From Anthoceros angustus (Eukaryota; Plantae; Anthocerotophyta): a stretch of DNA of 64,000 nucleotides. Location: assembly GCA_010909165.1 (NCBI GenBank), contig MU008178.1, forward strand, positions 880,369-944,368, in the 5' to 3' direction. A program made the position numbers and the translations under genes. The notes under the pieces were generated by a model, which ran no database searches, was not told the origin of the DNA, and worked only from the letters and a program-made list of their open reading frames with translations. Position 1 is the first letter of the stretch, and every line of letters begins with the position of its first letter. Below, in pieces: positions 12,291 to 24,600 of this stretch.

Positions 12291-14206
12291 TCATTTGCCG
12301 GCTAGCGGTATGCACGTACTCGATCCCTTTGCACCACATAATGATATTCTATGTTGATTATTAAACTCGGAGCATTTGAAGGCGTGCGTTGGCGGGCCCG
12401 TTCCTGGGCCACGAGTTCGTGAAATGAAGCGGCAAAAGGTCAGCTATGTGGGGACATTGTCCTTAAACAAGTTGAATTTTTTAAAGCATATTTTAATATA
12501 CCATTCTTTATTAAATTTTAATCCTAGATAAAAATAGACATGACTATAACATGTAAAAAAAATCAGACAAGTTGGAAAAGAAATGAATTTTTCATAATTG
12601 TAAACATTGCGTGAGGACAAATTAAGAGCGTTTCAACCGTTTCTAACTAAAGTGAGCACCCAACCATGCTTATACCCCACATCATTTTGAGTTAAAGCGT
12701 CACTTACAACGGGTACTTTTTATGGAGTTTACAACACAAATGATGGGGCTTACAATGTGACCTACAACGGACATAATAACGGATTATAATATGAATTTTA
12801 CCATAGTTAATCTAACCAAGATATTATTAACCATGGATAAGTAACCATAGTTTAATTATCCATGGTTACCTAACCAAGGTTAGGATAACCATAGTTAAAT
12901 ACTAGTTAAGTTAGTTACTTAACTAAATTGCATTGTAAAATACATTGTGGCCCATTGCTATAAGCTACGTCATAAAGTAAGCTTGTATTTCCTATTTTTT
13001 GGTTTTTAGGGTTTAGGGTTATTATAGGTAAATACTGATAATATTATAGATAAATACTGAAAATACACTGAAAAGCTGAATATTATGTATATTGGAAAAA
13101 TGGAGGGCACAATATAGCAGACGTAGAGCTACGCCTATCTAAAGTGGAGATGTACGTTCACGTTTTACAGATGCTACTAACATGGAACTGTAAGCATTGA
13201 GGTATCCAATGAAATATAAGCCCCTAAGCCACAAAACAGGAAGGGCGGTGCATCTGTAGTTCAATGCTTGTTTCACTCCTGATACAACATTCAAATACTT
13301 GAGTGCCCCAAGCTCAAAACTAGGCCACAACCAGACCATCTGGCTGTGTATAGCCTGTATTTTTTCTGCACAAAACAGCAGCATGAGTGCTTGACAAACT
13401 TTGAAAAACAAGCAAACCAGAAGGTAGACGATCAGACCATCTAAGCTGAATCTCCTGCCCTGTCTACATTGTGCTGCTTACCTTTCCTATGGTGCTCTTT
13501 AAATTTCAGGCCAATGGCATACCACCACTCGTTCCTGAGTCATGCACATGAATTTATGAGCAACAATTCAAGCTATCCAAACCACGAGTGACAACGACAA
13601 AACGAGTATGCAAACATTGCATTGAAGCCAACAAAGAATAGATGCAAACCGGCGGGAGCTCCACTAAATTTTGTCGTGATGTCCATAATTAGTCCCTCCA
13701 CTCGCTCCTGTATCATGACAAGAACTTGATTAGCAACCAAAAATGCTTCCCAAATATGTCAGTAGCATAACCAGGACTGACTTTAGACTCGAGATCATAA
13801 AGAATTCCACAGATGCCCACCAGCAGTGCAGGCTCCACTAACAATGTCATGCCGTACCCCTATTGCTCCTCCACTTGTCCCTGCATATCAAAAAAGTCAA
13901 GTCAGCATCAACACATAAACTTTACAACAATTGTTAACAAGCTAATTGTGAACTATAATCATCATAACAAGCTAACATCGAACTGGTAACAGCAAGTTTA
14001 GCTTAAGCTAGTAAAGAGACAGATGCCGGCGGTCACAGGCTCCACAATGTCATGTCATGTCCTATAAGCTCTTCCACTTGTCACGCATATCAAAGTCGGT
14101 CAGCATCGGCACATGATGCTTACAATAAATTGTTAACAACAACTTGTTCACATCTTGGCTAGATTTTTTGAAGCCAAGAACTATCTAGCACGTAGCGATG
14201 TTCACT

Positions 14207-14560
14207 TCAATGACGAACCACCTTAGTCATAACTTGATTAACTATTTTGCTCAGCTCCCAAGGCCCTCTAATTTCTGCCCTTACGGTCGACTCAACCAAC
14301 CTCTTAGTAGATTCAGGCTCTTGCCAAAAATTCCTAATGAGTGGGTTTATAAATTTACACATGGCCCAGTGCAGCCTCTTCTTGAGCCTTTTGTGCGATA
14401 GGGTCCTCTCCAATACCCAACCTGTATGCAAAGATTACACTTATAAGAACCCATATGAAATGAAATCAGAGTAGGCCCTTCGAAAATTACGAGTGTTCTC
14501 GTCCGTCCAACCGGTACTTCATGGTAGTGACATGTCGGCCGAGTCTTCGTCCATCCTTGG
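14207..14560 (-). pseudogene. Possible Myb/SANT-like DNA-binding ORF remnant (PIF/Harbinger accessory type)
   Basis: Manual translation gives WTDENTRNFRRAYSDFI near 14460-14510, followed by Trp-spaced fragments (ORF 14207..14431). Motif-level resemblance only. Confidence 0.3.
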
Positions 14561-14961
14561 CGAAGCAGCCACCCCATCCCCATCCAAGCCATGCAGGAAG
14601 CATCATCGCCACTTGTACACCGGTTTACTCTTATTGCCAGCCGGCTTTGAATCGAACTTCGATCACGGGCACTGTTGGGACTCTTCATGAAGGACATGGT
14701 CATCATCAATCAATAGCTCATCAGCCTCCAAGTTCTGACCAGCCTCCACAGCATGATTGTCATACTCGTTGACAGTGTCCTCTTCTAGGCGATGAGTGGC
14801 CGTATCCTCTGCAAAACTATCTACCACAAAAGATGGAGTTGGGCTATTGGGCACAATAATGGATGGGCTCGCACAAGTGGGTGGAACGGACCAAACCCTC
14901 CCACAGATTACAGGAGACTCCTGACTCCACCTCTCCAACGACATCTGATGATGAGTGGCAA

Positions 14962-15126
14962 GGCATGCTGTCAAGGCATCTCCTCTACACAAAGCGAAAG
15001 AGTGGCAACTTAGTTTGGCATGCTGTCAAGGCATCTCCTCTACACAAAGCGAAAGAGTGGCAACTTAGTTTGGCATGCTGTCAAGGCATCTCCTCTACAC
15101 AAAGCGAAAGAGTGGCAACTTAGTTT
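14962..15126. repeat. Three perfect 55-bp tandem repeats
   Basis: GGCATGCTGTCAAGGCATCTCCTCTACACAAAGCGAAAGAGTGGCAACTTAGTTT starts at 14962, 15017 and 15072. Three degenerate copies recur at ~16727-16875. Confidence 0.95.
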
Positions 15127-18100
15127 GGCAAAGGATGGTAGTCCCCGATGCTCAGTTTGGACCTTCCCGTCCTTACAAGGGATCCCACCTGCAAAATCTG
15201 AAGAGGTGCCATGCTCTCCCATCGGGAGAACGCAAGGCTCCGCACTCGATTTAGGGACTCGCCATAGCTTGTTTAGCATGACGAGAAGCCTCCCATTGTT
15301 GTGCCGCCACTAACTTATAATAGTGCATTTACAACACACCGTTTGATGGTTTTATGGGGCGACATCGATTGCACAAGTTCCTCCACCCATGCCTTTGGAA
15401 AAGGTGAGGCTTGCAATAGCATCCACCTTTTCGGTGATTGTCTCCGCCAACGCCCCACAAGGTGATATTGGGATGTCCAAAGGGGAGGCATCCATTGAAC
15501 CCGGCTTCTTCTCCTTGGGCAGCTTTCTGGGGAAGGAGGAGATCCAGCTGCCCCTTTTCCTTTCCGCTTCTTCTGCAATTCCCATTTCTCCACCAAGTCA
15601 TCCGCTCCATCTCGCCACGGCTTGTACGCCACATACCTACTCCACAACCACCTCTTCTCCCGTGATGATTCCTTCGGACGGCATCAAGCATGCGAGTCCA
15701 TATAGAATTCCTGCCGTTGCAAGCTTCGGGTGTCTTTGTCGGCTCGTACGCTTAGGATCTCACCACCGTGCCTTCTTCCCCTCCTTTGGCATCCGAGAGA
15801 ATGTGGTCGCGGATGAGTTCCTAGTTTCCACTATAGGAAGCCGCAGTTGGTGGGAAAAAGATGGCTCATAAAGGCGCTGTGGCGAATCCTGTCTACATAT
15901 TTGCGGTGCTATGCATGCGAAGTGTGAGAAGCCAACACCTCGTCTCGAGTTGCTCGGCTTTTATCCCAAGCTTGCTTTTTGTCTTTAAGCGCTCGAAATC
16001 GGATCTTCACGATTCATCAGACTCTCCTGGCTCCAAACACATGCCATAAGGACCAGCAGCAAGCTTTTTATGCGCGCTAAGGTTAGAGATGAGCGAGTCC
16101 CTTTGTATTCATATACAGTGCAGGTATGATGGCTTGATCAGCCACCATTGCCGCTTCGTCTTCACCTAAGACCACAGCTCATTGCCCCCTGGTCACCCCA
16201 GCGCGTATTCTCACGACTCTTATCGCCTGTTAAGGTATGCATTTTGAGGTAATCTTGTTCCATGTTGATTGCAATTTGGCCACTATGAGTTTGTAGGAGT
16301 GTCGATGCATCCCTTGACCACAACCACCGGTACCTATGCTTCCAGATGCCAAGGAATAAGCAGGCAATGCCTTCGAGAACCCTCTCATTTCATGCGAGCC
16401 AAACAAGAAGACCAAAAACTAGCTACCCACGGTATTCTATATGGGGAGGATGCCATCGATGCGCGATGGGGAGTGCATCACGCCGAGAAGCGGTGGATGT
16501 GGTCGATAGGCTCAAGGTCCAAGTACATGCGATTGGGTGAAGGGGTGAGAAGTCAAGCGAGTGGGAAGATGTCAAGATGAGTGATGAAGGAAGAAGACCG
16601 TCACCCGCTCCTTTACCTAGGAAGTCTACTTGATTGAATAGGAGTGCGGCCCACGAATGACACCAACCAAGTTTCGGTAGTTGATGACCTTGTAATTGGA
16701 AGTGATGTGGATGGACAATCGATCAGAGGCATCTCCTCTACACAAAGCGAAAGAGTGGCAACTTAGTTTGGCATCACAAGGCATCTCCTCTACACAAAGC
16801 GAAGAGTGGCAACTTAGTTTGGCATCTTTGTCAAGGCATCTCCTCTACAAAAGCGAAGAGTGGCAACTTAGTTTGGCAAAGGATGGTAGTCCCCGATGCT
16901 CAGTTTGGACCTTCCCGTCCTTACAAGGGATCCCACCTGCAAAATCTGAAGAGGTGCCATGCTCTCCCATCGGGAGAACGCAAGGCTCCGCCACTCCCGA
17001 TTTAGGGGACTCTGCCATAGCTTGTTTAGCATGACGAGAAGCCTCCCGCTGTTGTGCCAGCCACTAACTTATAATAGTGCATTGCACAACACGCGCACCG
17101 TTTGATGGTTTTATGGGGGCAGCATCGGTGCACAAGTTCCTCCACCCATGCTGGAAAAGGGTGAGGCTGCACCAATTGCAATAGCATCCACCTTTTCGGC
17201 TGATTGTCTCCGGCCAACCCGCCCCACAAGGTGATATTGGGATGTCAAGGGAGGCATCCATTGAACCCGGCTTCTTCTCCTTGGGCGGCTTTGCGGGAAG
17301 GAGGAGATCCATTGCCCTTTCCTTTCCGCTTTTACGCAATTCCCATTTCTCCACCAAGTCATCCGCTCCATCTCGCTTATACCAGCCTACATACCTCTCC
17401 ACAACCACCTCTTCTCCCGTATATGATTCCTTCGGACGGCAGATCATCAGCTGTAGCCCCATATAAATTTCGCAGCTTGCAAGCTTCGGGTGTCTTTGTA
17501 TGCGGCTCAGTGAAGCAGGATCTCACCACCGGTGCCTTCTTCCCCTCCTTTGGCATCCAGAGAATGTGGTCGCGAGCGGGATGAGTTCTGAAGCTAGTTT
17601 CCACTATGAGGAAGCTGCAGTTGGTGGGAAAAAAGATGGCTCATAAGGCGCGAAATTTGGCTGGCAGATCCTGTCTACATATTTGCGGAGTGCTATGCAT
17701 GCAGAGGTGTGGGAGAAGCCAACACCCTCGTCTCGAGTTGCTCTGGCTTTTATCCCGAAGCTTCGGCTTTTGTCTTTAAGCGCTCGAAATCGGATCTTCA
17801 CGATTCATCAGACTCTCCTGGCTCCAAACACATGCCATAAGGACCAGCAGCAAGCTTTTTTATGCGCGCTAAGGTTAGAGATGAGCGAGTCCCTTTGTAT
17901 TCATATACCTGGTGCAAGGTATGTTACTATGGCTTGATCAGCCACCATTGCCGCTTCGTCTTCACCTAAGACCCTGACTCATTGCCCCCGGTCACCCAGT
18001 AGTATTCTCACGACTCTTATCGGTAAGGTATGCATTTTGAGGTAATCTTGTTCCATGTTGATTGCAATTTGGCCACTATGAGTTTGTAGGAGTGTCGATG

Positions 18101-18540
18101 CATCCCTTGACCACAACCACCGGTACCTATGCTTCCAGATGCCAAGGAATAAGCAGGCAATGCCTTCGAGAACCCTCTCATTTCATGCAGAGCCAAACAA
18201 GAAGACCAAAAAACTAGCTACCCACGGTATTCTATATGGGGAGGATGCCATCGATGCCGCAGTGGGGAGTGCATCACGGCCGGGAGTAGCGGTGGATGTG
18301 GTCGATAGGCTCAAGGTCCAAGTACATGCAGTTCTGGGTGAAGGGGTGGAGAAGCTGCAAGGCAGGTGGGAAGATGTCAAGATGAGTAAACGAAGGAAGA
18401 AGAAGACCGTGTCACCCGCTCCTTTACCTAGGAAGTCTACTTGATTGAATAGGAGTGCGGGCCCACGAATGACACCAACCAAGTTTCGGTAGTTCGGTAC
18501 TGACCTTGTAATTGGAAGTGATGTGGATGGACAATCGATC
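14962..18540. repeat. ~1.75-kb tandem segmental duplication (14962-~16725 vs ~16727-18540) containing a Harbinger-like Myb/NAM-associated ORF remnant on the minus strand
   Basis: The copies are co-linear: both begin with the 55-bp array then GGCAAAGGATGGTAGTCCCCG, and both end with GGAAGTGATGTGGATGGACAATCGATC. The minus strand encodes KLQSTWNKITSKC (ORF 16230..16415). The Myb-like assignment is tentative. Confidence 0.8.
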
Positions 18541-18939
18541 AATGTGGCTTCAGTGGCTGGTCTAGGTATGTGCGTGCCGAAGATAAATTCAAAACCAGTT
18601 CAAGTCTGCGAGGCAACGAGTATTTGAGCGTGGCTTGCACTGTGAGCAATGAGGCCGGAGGCGGTCTGACATGATGTGGTGTTGGGATGGTCGCAGAATG
18701 TGACATTGTTGTGCCCAATAGTCCGGCTCCGTCTTTCATTATATAGCAAATAGTCTGCCGCGCTCGCCTGCTCATGATGGGGAAGGGGCAGCATCGTAGA
18801 TGATTTTGATTCTGTTCTTGCCCATGCTCCTAACCTCGAGACGCACGTTGTGGCATTGATGTCTCTGAGCTTGGCCCTGAGCAGGCACTCCATGGCACTT
18901 ATCAAAACCTGGACCTGGGATCACTCACCCTCAAACAAA

Positions 18940-19112
18940 TGCGCCTCGCGCCTAGCCTAGCCTCGCACCTCACGCCTAGCCTAGCCTCGCACCTCGCGCC
19001 TAGCCTAGCCTCGCGCCTCGCGCCTAGCGCCTAGCCTAGCCTCGCGCCTCGCGCCTAGCCTAGCCTCGCGCCTAGCTATAGCCCTATGGCGCCTCGCGCC
19101 CTAGCCTAGCCT
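18940..19112. repeat. GCCTC/GCCTA pentamer array (hAT-like subterminal repeats)
   Basis: Repeated CGCGCCTCGCGCCTAGCCTAGCCT. The same array occurs at 28059-28150. Confidence 0.7.
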
Positions 19113-19116
19113 CCAA

Positions 19117-19680
19117 TACTAGGAAAGTATCCTTTTATAACGGTTTAGCAGTTTTTACAACACTTTACAGCGACATAAAATTATTGTTGTAAACAGCCCT
19201 TAGTAATATACATTGTAAAAACGTTAAACGTATATACTACATAAACATATACGTCCTTCCGTATAGTATACGAGCATGGTGTACACTGTTGTAAACTGGA
19301 CCGTTGTAAATATTCTAAATCCTTGTAAATTCTACCATTATAAGTTACGTATGCCGTTGTAAATATGGACGGTCCTGTTATTGAACCATTGTAAATCGAA
19401 CTGTTGTAAAAACTTTCTACCGTTATAAATATTTTCACAAATTCAAACTATTATAAATAACAATAAATTAACCCATTACAAACTCCAATATTTTCAATAA
19501 CATATACCTATTAAAAAGTTTCCCACCCAAATTCAAATCCTTGTAAAAATGTATACCATTTATTTGTAAATATTTTCCCCCAAAATTCAAATCATTGTAG
19601 ATAATTCAACCCGTTGTAAACTTTGCTGTTGTAAAGAGTTTCTGCCTTTGTAGGTTTCTCCCGCCAAAATTCATACCTAT
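19117..19680. mobile_element. CACTA/EnSpm-like transposon end (TACTAGG variant) with a TTGTAAA subterminal array
   Basis: Begins TACTAGGAAAGTATCCTTTT, followed by about a dozen same-orientation TTGTAAA motifs plus inverted TTTACA(A/G)C near the tip. This is the typical layout of a CACTA subterminal region. Confidence 0.5.
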
Positions 19681-19684
19681 ATTA

Positions 19685-19850
19685 ATAGTAAATAGTAAAT
19701 AGTAAATAGTAAATAGTAAATAGTAAATAGTAAATAGTATATAGTATATAGTAAATAGTAAATAGTAAATAGTAAATAGTAAATAGTAAATAGTAAATAG
19801 TAAATAGTAAATAGTAAATATTAATAGTAAATAGTAAATAATAAATAGTA
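19685..19850. repeat. (ATAGTAA)n 7-bp microsatellite
   Basis: About 20 consecutive units, with ATAGTAT variant units near 19735-19750. Confidence 0.95.
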
Positions 19851-21622
19851 AATATAAATAAATAGTTTGGGCTATTGTAAAGTATTTCAAAATTATCCTA
19901 TAAAACAAAATTGCCAACATTGCTATATTTACTAGGCAAAAATCCTACAGACTCTACTACAACACTACCATAGTAGTCTCTGTAATTAATTTATAATTGC
20001 TAACTTTCAACCATCTCCAATTCATAAGAGGCACGAAAAATACTGACATCAAAGAGGTGTTCATCATTAGATTGAGCCCTACTTAATAGCTTTGTACAAT
20101 CAAGGCGTTTAATAGACCATTACCTACAATCATGCGGAAGCATTATTCTTACGCATGAAGGAAGCATATGGTTTTAGCATAAAACCATCATCTTCAACAA
20201 TGTTGTGATAGATAGCCTCCATCACCTTGGCATCGACTCTTCAATTCCATACTACTGCGGCAATCAAGTCGTTCCACATAGTTAAAGCCTTCATCTTCTT
20301 CCCATTTGAGTGCTTGTTGTTGAACCATCCGAGGAGGCGGTGTCCACTCTCCTTCCAATATGCATTCAACTCTTGACCATGAACCTAGTTTGGGCCATAG
20401 TAGCAATCTCTTTGTGGGGCTCTTACCAAACCTACCTTCATCACAAGCCACAAAGGCCTTTTGGCCTCCATTGCCAAAATGGCGATAAAGGTTTGATCAT
20501 GTTTGTTGCGGCACCTTACCTTTGGGATGGGGCCACTACCCCATCCCTCTTGTCATTCCTCCTTCAAGAAAATGCGCTGCTCCTCCTTCACAGTTGGGCC
20601 TCACCTTCTTGACTCGTCAAAAGGTTCCTAGCTTCCCTCACATTGTTCCTCCAAAACTTAATATTCGAGAAAAGCGCATTACAATGGCATCCATAGTCCA
20701 AGGACCGGATATCAATATGCGAATGTTAGATTCACAAGGAGTCTACCCTGGTCTCATCCCAAAAGCTTTGTACCAATGGATTGCAAAAAATCTCATGCTC
20801 CGGCAACCTTTGGTCTCTCATGTGCACCCAGGAATTGGTGTCATGCTTGATGAATCCTACAGCCAGCGAAAAAGCAATACAACCATAGTTAGAATCTAAC
20901 AATGAAACACTAACCACTCAAAGCTTGAAAATCAAGCTCACGAATATTCGAGGCTTGAACAACATGCCTAAATCTTCAAGCTTGAACATGCACGAATATT
21001 TGAAGCAGAACAACACATATTCAGCTTGAACACAGATATTGAGGCTTGAACATACGATCTAAACAACGAGCGATGACACACTCCTATGGTACACGGAACT
21101 ACCCGTAGGAAAAGAAGACGGTGGCACTCAAATCTACTTGTGTAAAAGGAGAACAGAAATTAAATCAACTTACCTGACACAGGACATATATCCTCTTCGG
21201 GAATATCATACTCCACATCAAAATTTCTTCAACGCTTCACGGAAGGGCGAAGGACGATCTCGCCGACATCTTACGACGACATCGCCTCACCCATGTCGCA
21301 CACGGCTTTAACCTCTTGCTCACCGGTCCTCTTCAATACTTGGGAATGGGGTCCTTTGACCTCTGGAAGGAGTGGAGCTTCCTAGGTCCTTCATGAATCT
21401 CACATCACAAGGGGAATCGCCGCCATCGACTTGACTATCACACACTTCAAATACCTCATCATAAGGCGAGACATTCGAATGGATGGACACAAGGGTTTTC
21501 GGGCATTGTACAGTTAGGCATAGACCCCGAGGCACAAAATCAACATGAGGCATGGTGGGACCAAAACGTGGAATTTGCTGCAGGATCTTGGGAGACACCC
21601 TGCATAATGTTTACCGTGGTAT

Positions 21623-24600
21623 TGTGGCGTGACTTTTGCTGATGGCCTAGGCGCGCACAATCCGTGTCGTTGTAGGAAGAAGTCCGTTCCCAAAGGAATG
21701 ATAGGCCCGTTTACCGCGTTTGGTGATTCTTTCCTTAGCGCTCGTTCGGTCTCGCACACACGCTCTAACTACTCTAGCGTTCACCGTCTCGGTATGGCCA
21801 AGCGTTTGAGACCCGTTCGCGTCCGTATCGTTCACGCCATCCCTCACGCATCGGTCCTTTCCTCTCTCCCTCACGCTCTCTTGATCTTAGAAAAAAGCGC
21901 GGTTCTGTGATCGGACCTCCTCAAATCGTTCGCGGGCCTCTCGTCCGGGCTCTACACGCCCTCCGGGTTCCTCCGGCTCACACGTTCCGGTCATTCGGTG
22001 TCGGACGCGGCTCTCGAACGACACGGATCACCCTTCCACACGCACACACCAGCGTTAAGTCTCACGGGACCTTGATCAATCTCCCGGGCGCCGTGCACCT
22101 TTCGGTGACTCGGGACTCACGTTAGCAGAAGACTCACAAGGTGCAGCAGCATCAACACCAAGAAAGATGCTTTACTAGGCTCGGCCCTCTTATCTGCGCC
22201 CAAGGTGGCGTCTTTACACCCCTATTACGGCGATAGCCACGGTATACCTAATCGGCCGCCTACCGGCCTATCCCCCTATCTCCTTCCATTGGGGTGGGAA
22301 GGTCACAGGCCCGCCTCGGAATGGGTGGTCAATCCCCGTCACAGCGGTTGTGGTGCACCCAATCGGATGATCCGTGGCGGGCCCCTCCTCTCCCGGAATC
22401 ACAGTCGGGTTGGGCTGGCGGCGGTCGACAGCCGCCCGTTACCACGGCGTCATCCTCCCTGGCCTCCACAGGTCCTTGCGGTGGGGCCACCGCTATCGGC
22501 TCCCCTAAGCGTAAGTCGAAGGGGCTCCTCCTTCTTGCGTCGGTCCTCGAGGTCTGTCTCGACTCCACGAACTTGAGTCAAACTAGGTCCCGGCTAGGTC
22601 ACCTTGTCTCAGGGTCCGGACCTCGGGGTCGGTTATTAGTCGGACTTGGTCGGACTTATTCTGGTCCGGACTTGAGTCGGACTTATTCAGTCCGGACTTG
22701 GTCCGGCCTCCCCTCAGGTCCGGACAAAGTCGGACTCACGCCACCGGGTTTCCTCCCTCACGGGACTCCTCAGTGGCTCTCCCTCGAAGTCCTCCCCGAT
22801 CCTTGACTCGCCGTTGGCCCCTCCTTCCATGGTGAGGTCTCGGGGTGCTTACCTCGATCGCATCGCGCTCCCTCGTTACGCTCCTCGGTTGCTCCTCTCC
22901 GCGCTCCGTCATCTCAAGCAGGGGCCACTAGGGTCCCTGTCTTGTCCCCGTGGCCTTCATCTCCTTGAGCCTTCCGGTCCGTCCGTTTCTGACGTCGAGA
23001 GGCTTCTCGCCTTGGGGCTCGGCGTGGTAATAGGCAAAATGCAGATCGACTTGTTGGTGCCTCTTCCACGTGTGCGGGCACCGATACTCCCTCGCCATAA
23101 GTGTTTGGGCGTCTTTGCCCGGCTTGTTGGGCCACCTCTCCTGCCCGGTTGTGGTGGGCGCGTATCACGCGAGGCTACAAGGCGGCCTCGGTCACCTCCT
23201 GCAGTGCCATTGTTGCTCCCCTCGGCTCCGTCGTTTCCTCCATTGACTTACCGCCATAGGCGGCGTTCCCTTCCGCCTTTCTCGGTGGACCCGGCTTCTT
23301 TTACGCTTCCGATTGCGCTCCTCCGTTCATTACGGCCTTTAGCTCATGACTCCCTCTCCAGTGATCGGATACCTCCGTCAGCTCGGGACTTCCTCCGGCT
23401 CATACAGCAGCAGCGTCCAACTCCTTGGATAGTCGCGATTTTCCTCCGTCTTGAGGCCGGGGGCACTCTGTACATGCTTTCGAGTCGTGGATTCTCTCGT
23501 TGAGAATCACTGCTTTCAAGCGCATCTTGGGTTGTAGCTCCGGCGTGTCCTTCTTGTCCTCCATCTGCTGCGCCTCTCCTTCTACCTCCTGCGGTTGTAC
23601 TCGGAGATCCTCTATCTCCCGTCTTGGCCTTACACTCCATAGCCCTTTGTCGGCCTTGAGTAACCTCATTTTGCTGGCTCTCTCCACGGTTCGATCACGT
23701 GCAGTGATCCGGTCGCTCTTCGGCTTGAGCTCCTTCGCCGCCTTTACAGGCCTCGCCCACTTGGCCTGCTCTGGCGGGCCGCCTCCGCGGTCCGAGCTCT
23801 CTCTGCTTGTGCCGGGGCCTCTTCCGCCTCTGCTGCGCTTCCCTCTTGCACCAAGGTCCTCCGCCCGCTTGGGCCTCTGAGCTTGCTTGTGTTCGCCTGT
23901 GAAGAACCTTAACCAGTCTGCTTGAACCGGGCCTCGCGCTCCGCCACCGGCGTTTCCCTTCCTCGATCCGGCGAGGGACTCCGCCTTTCCTTTGCCCCTC
24001 AGGCGCCTTCACTTGCTCTTGGGTTCCACCATCCTCCTCGGGTGGCCTCCACTTCACAGGTCTTCTCCTGTACCACGAGACCCCAAAGCATTCCGTCCAT
24101 ATGTGGCAGGACTGTGTTTCTTCCACGCGGTGAGGCCCCACAAAGTCCGTAGTGGGGCCGGCATTTCTCGATCCGAGGACCTCCATACCTTGATCCGGAG
24201 TAAGTCGGTTGGGTTCTCGGACCTAATCGGGACCCTCGGGTCACAGTGGTGGTCAGTCTCACCCTCTTTGGCCCTCTTGGCCTCTAACTCCTTTGTGCCC
24301 TCTTTCTCACAGGGCTCGGAGGAGGTGAGGGGTCAGGAGCAAGCTCTTTTGCCCCTTCACAGCCGGGGCAGGACCGGCTCGAGGTGTGCGCGTGACCTCC
24401 ACTCCTTGGGCCACGTCCCTTTCTGCCCTCCTTAGCCTCTTGACCTCTTGCCACTCGTGGGCGGGGTAAGAATCGGCACCTCCCGAGGTCTTTGCGTTGG
24501 TAAGCGGCCGTCTTCCGCCTCTTGGCTCCCTGAGTTCGTCGGGGCTCGGTCGTGGTTGTTGGGCATTGTTACTGCGGTCGGGCCCGCCCTCGGCATCGGC

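Noticed and set aside
13005-13018. Telomeric TTTAGGG x2 (also scattered near 55030-55075)
   Set aside because: Only two units; at most a telo-box, not an interstitial telomere.
13500-14150. Possible host-gene exons with a duplicated splice-like junction (~13830 and ~14040)
   Set aside because: No stop-free frame or recognisable protein could be assembled.
14962-15126. CRISPR-like array
   Set aside because: The units are contiguous with no unique spacers, no cas genes are present, and the context is eukaryotic.
19606-19920. Hydrophobic 104-aa ORF (FTIYYLL repeats)
   Set aside because: Translation of the 7-bp microsatellite.
20194-20917. Short ORFs and GCTTGAAC repeats (~20920-21055) as a distinct gene or system
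   Set aside because: Fragmentary with no recognisable motif; probably internal sequence of the CACTA-like element.
21611-21613. Programmed readthrough at the TAA in the rejoined ORF
   Set aside because: A single nonsense mutation after LTR disruption is simpler, and no readthrough context is evident.
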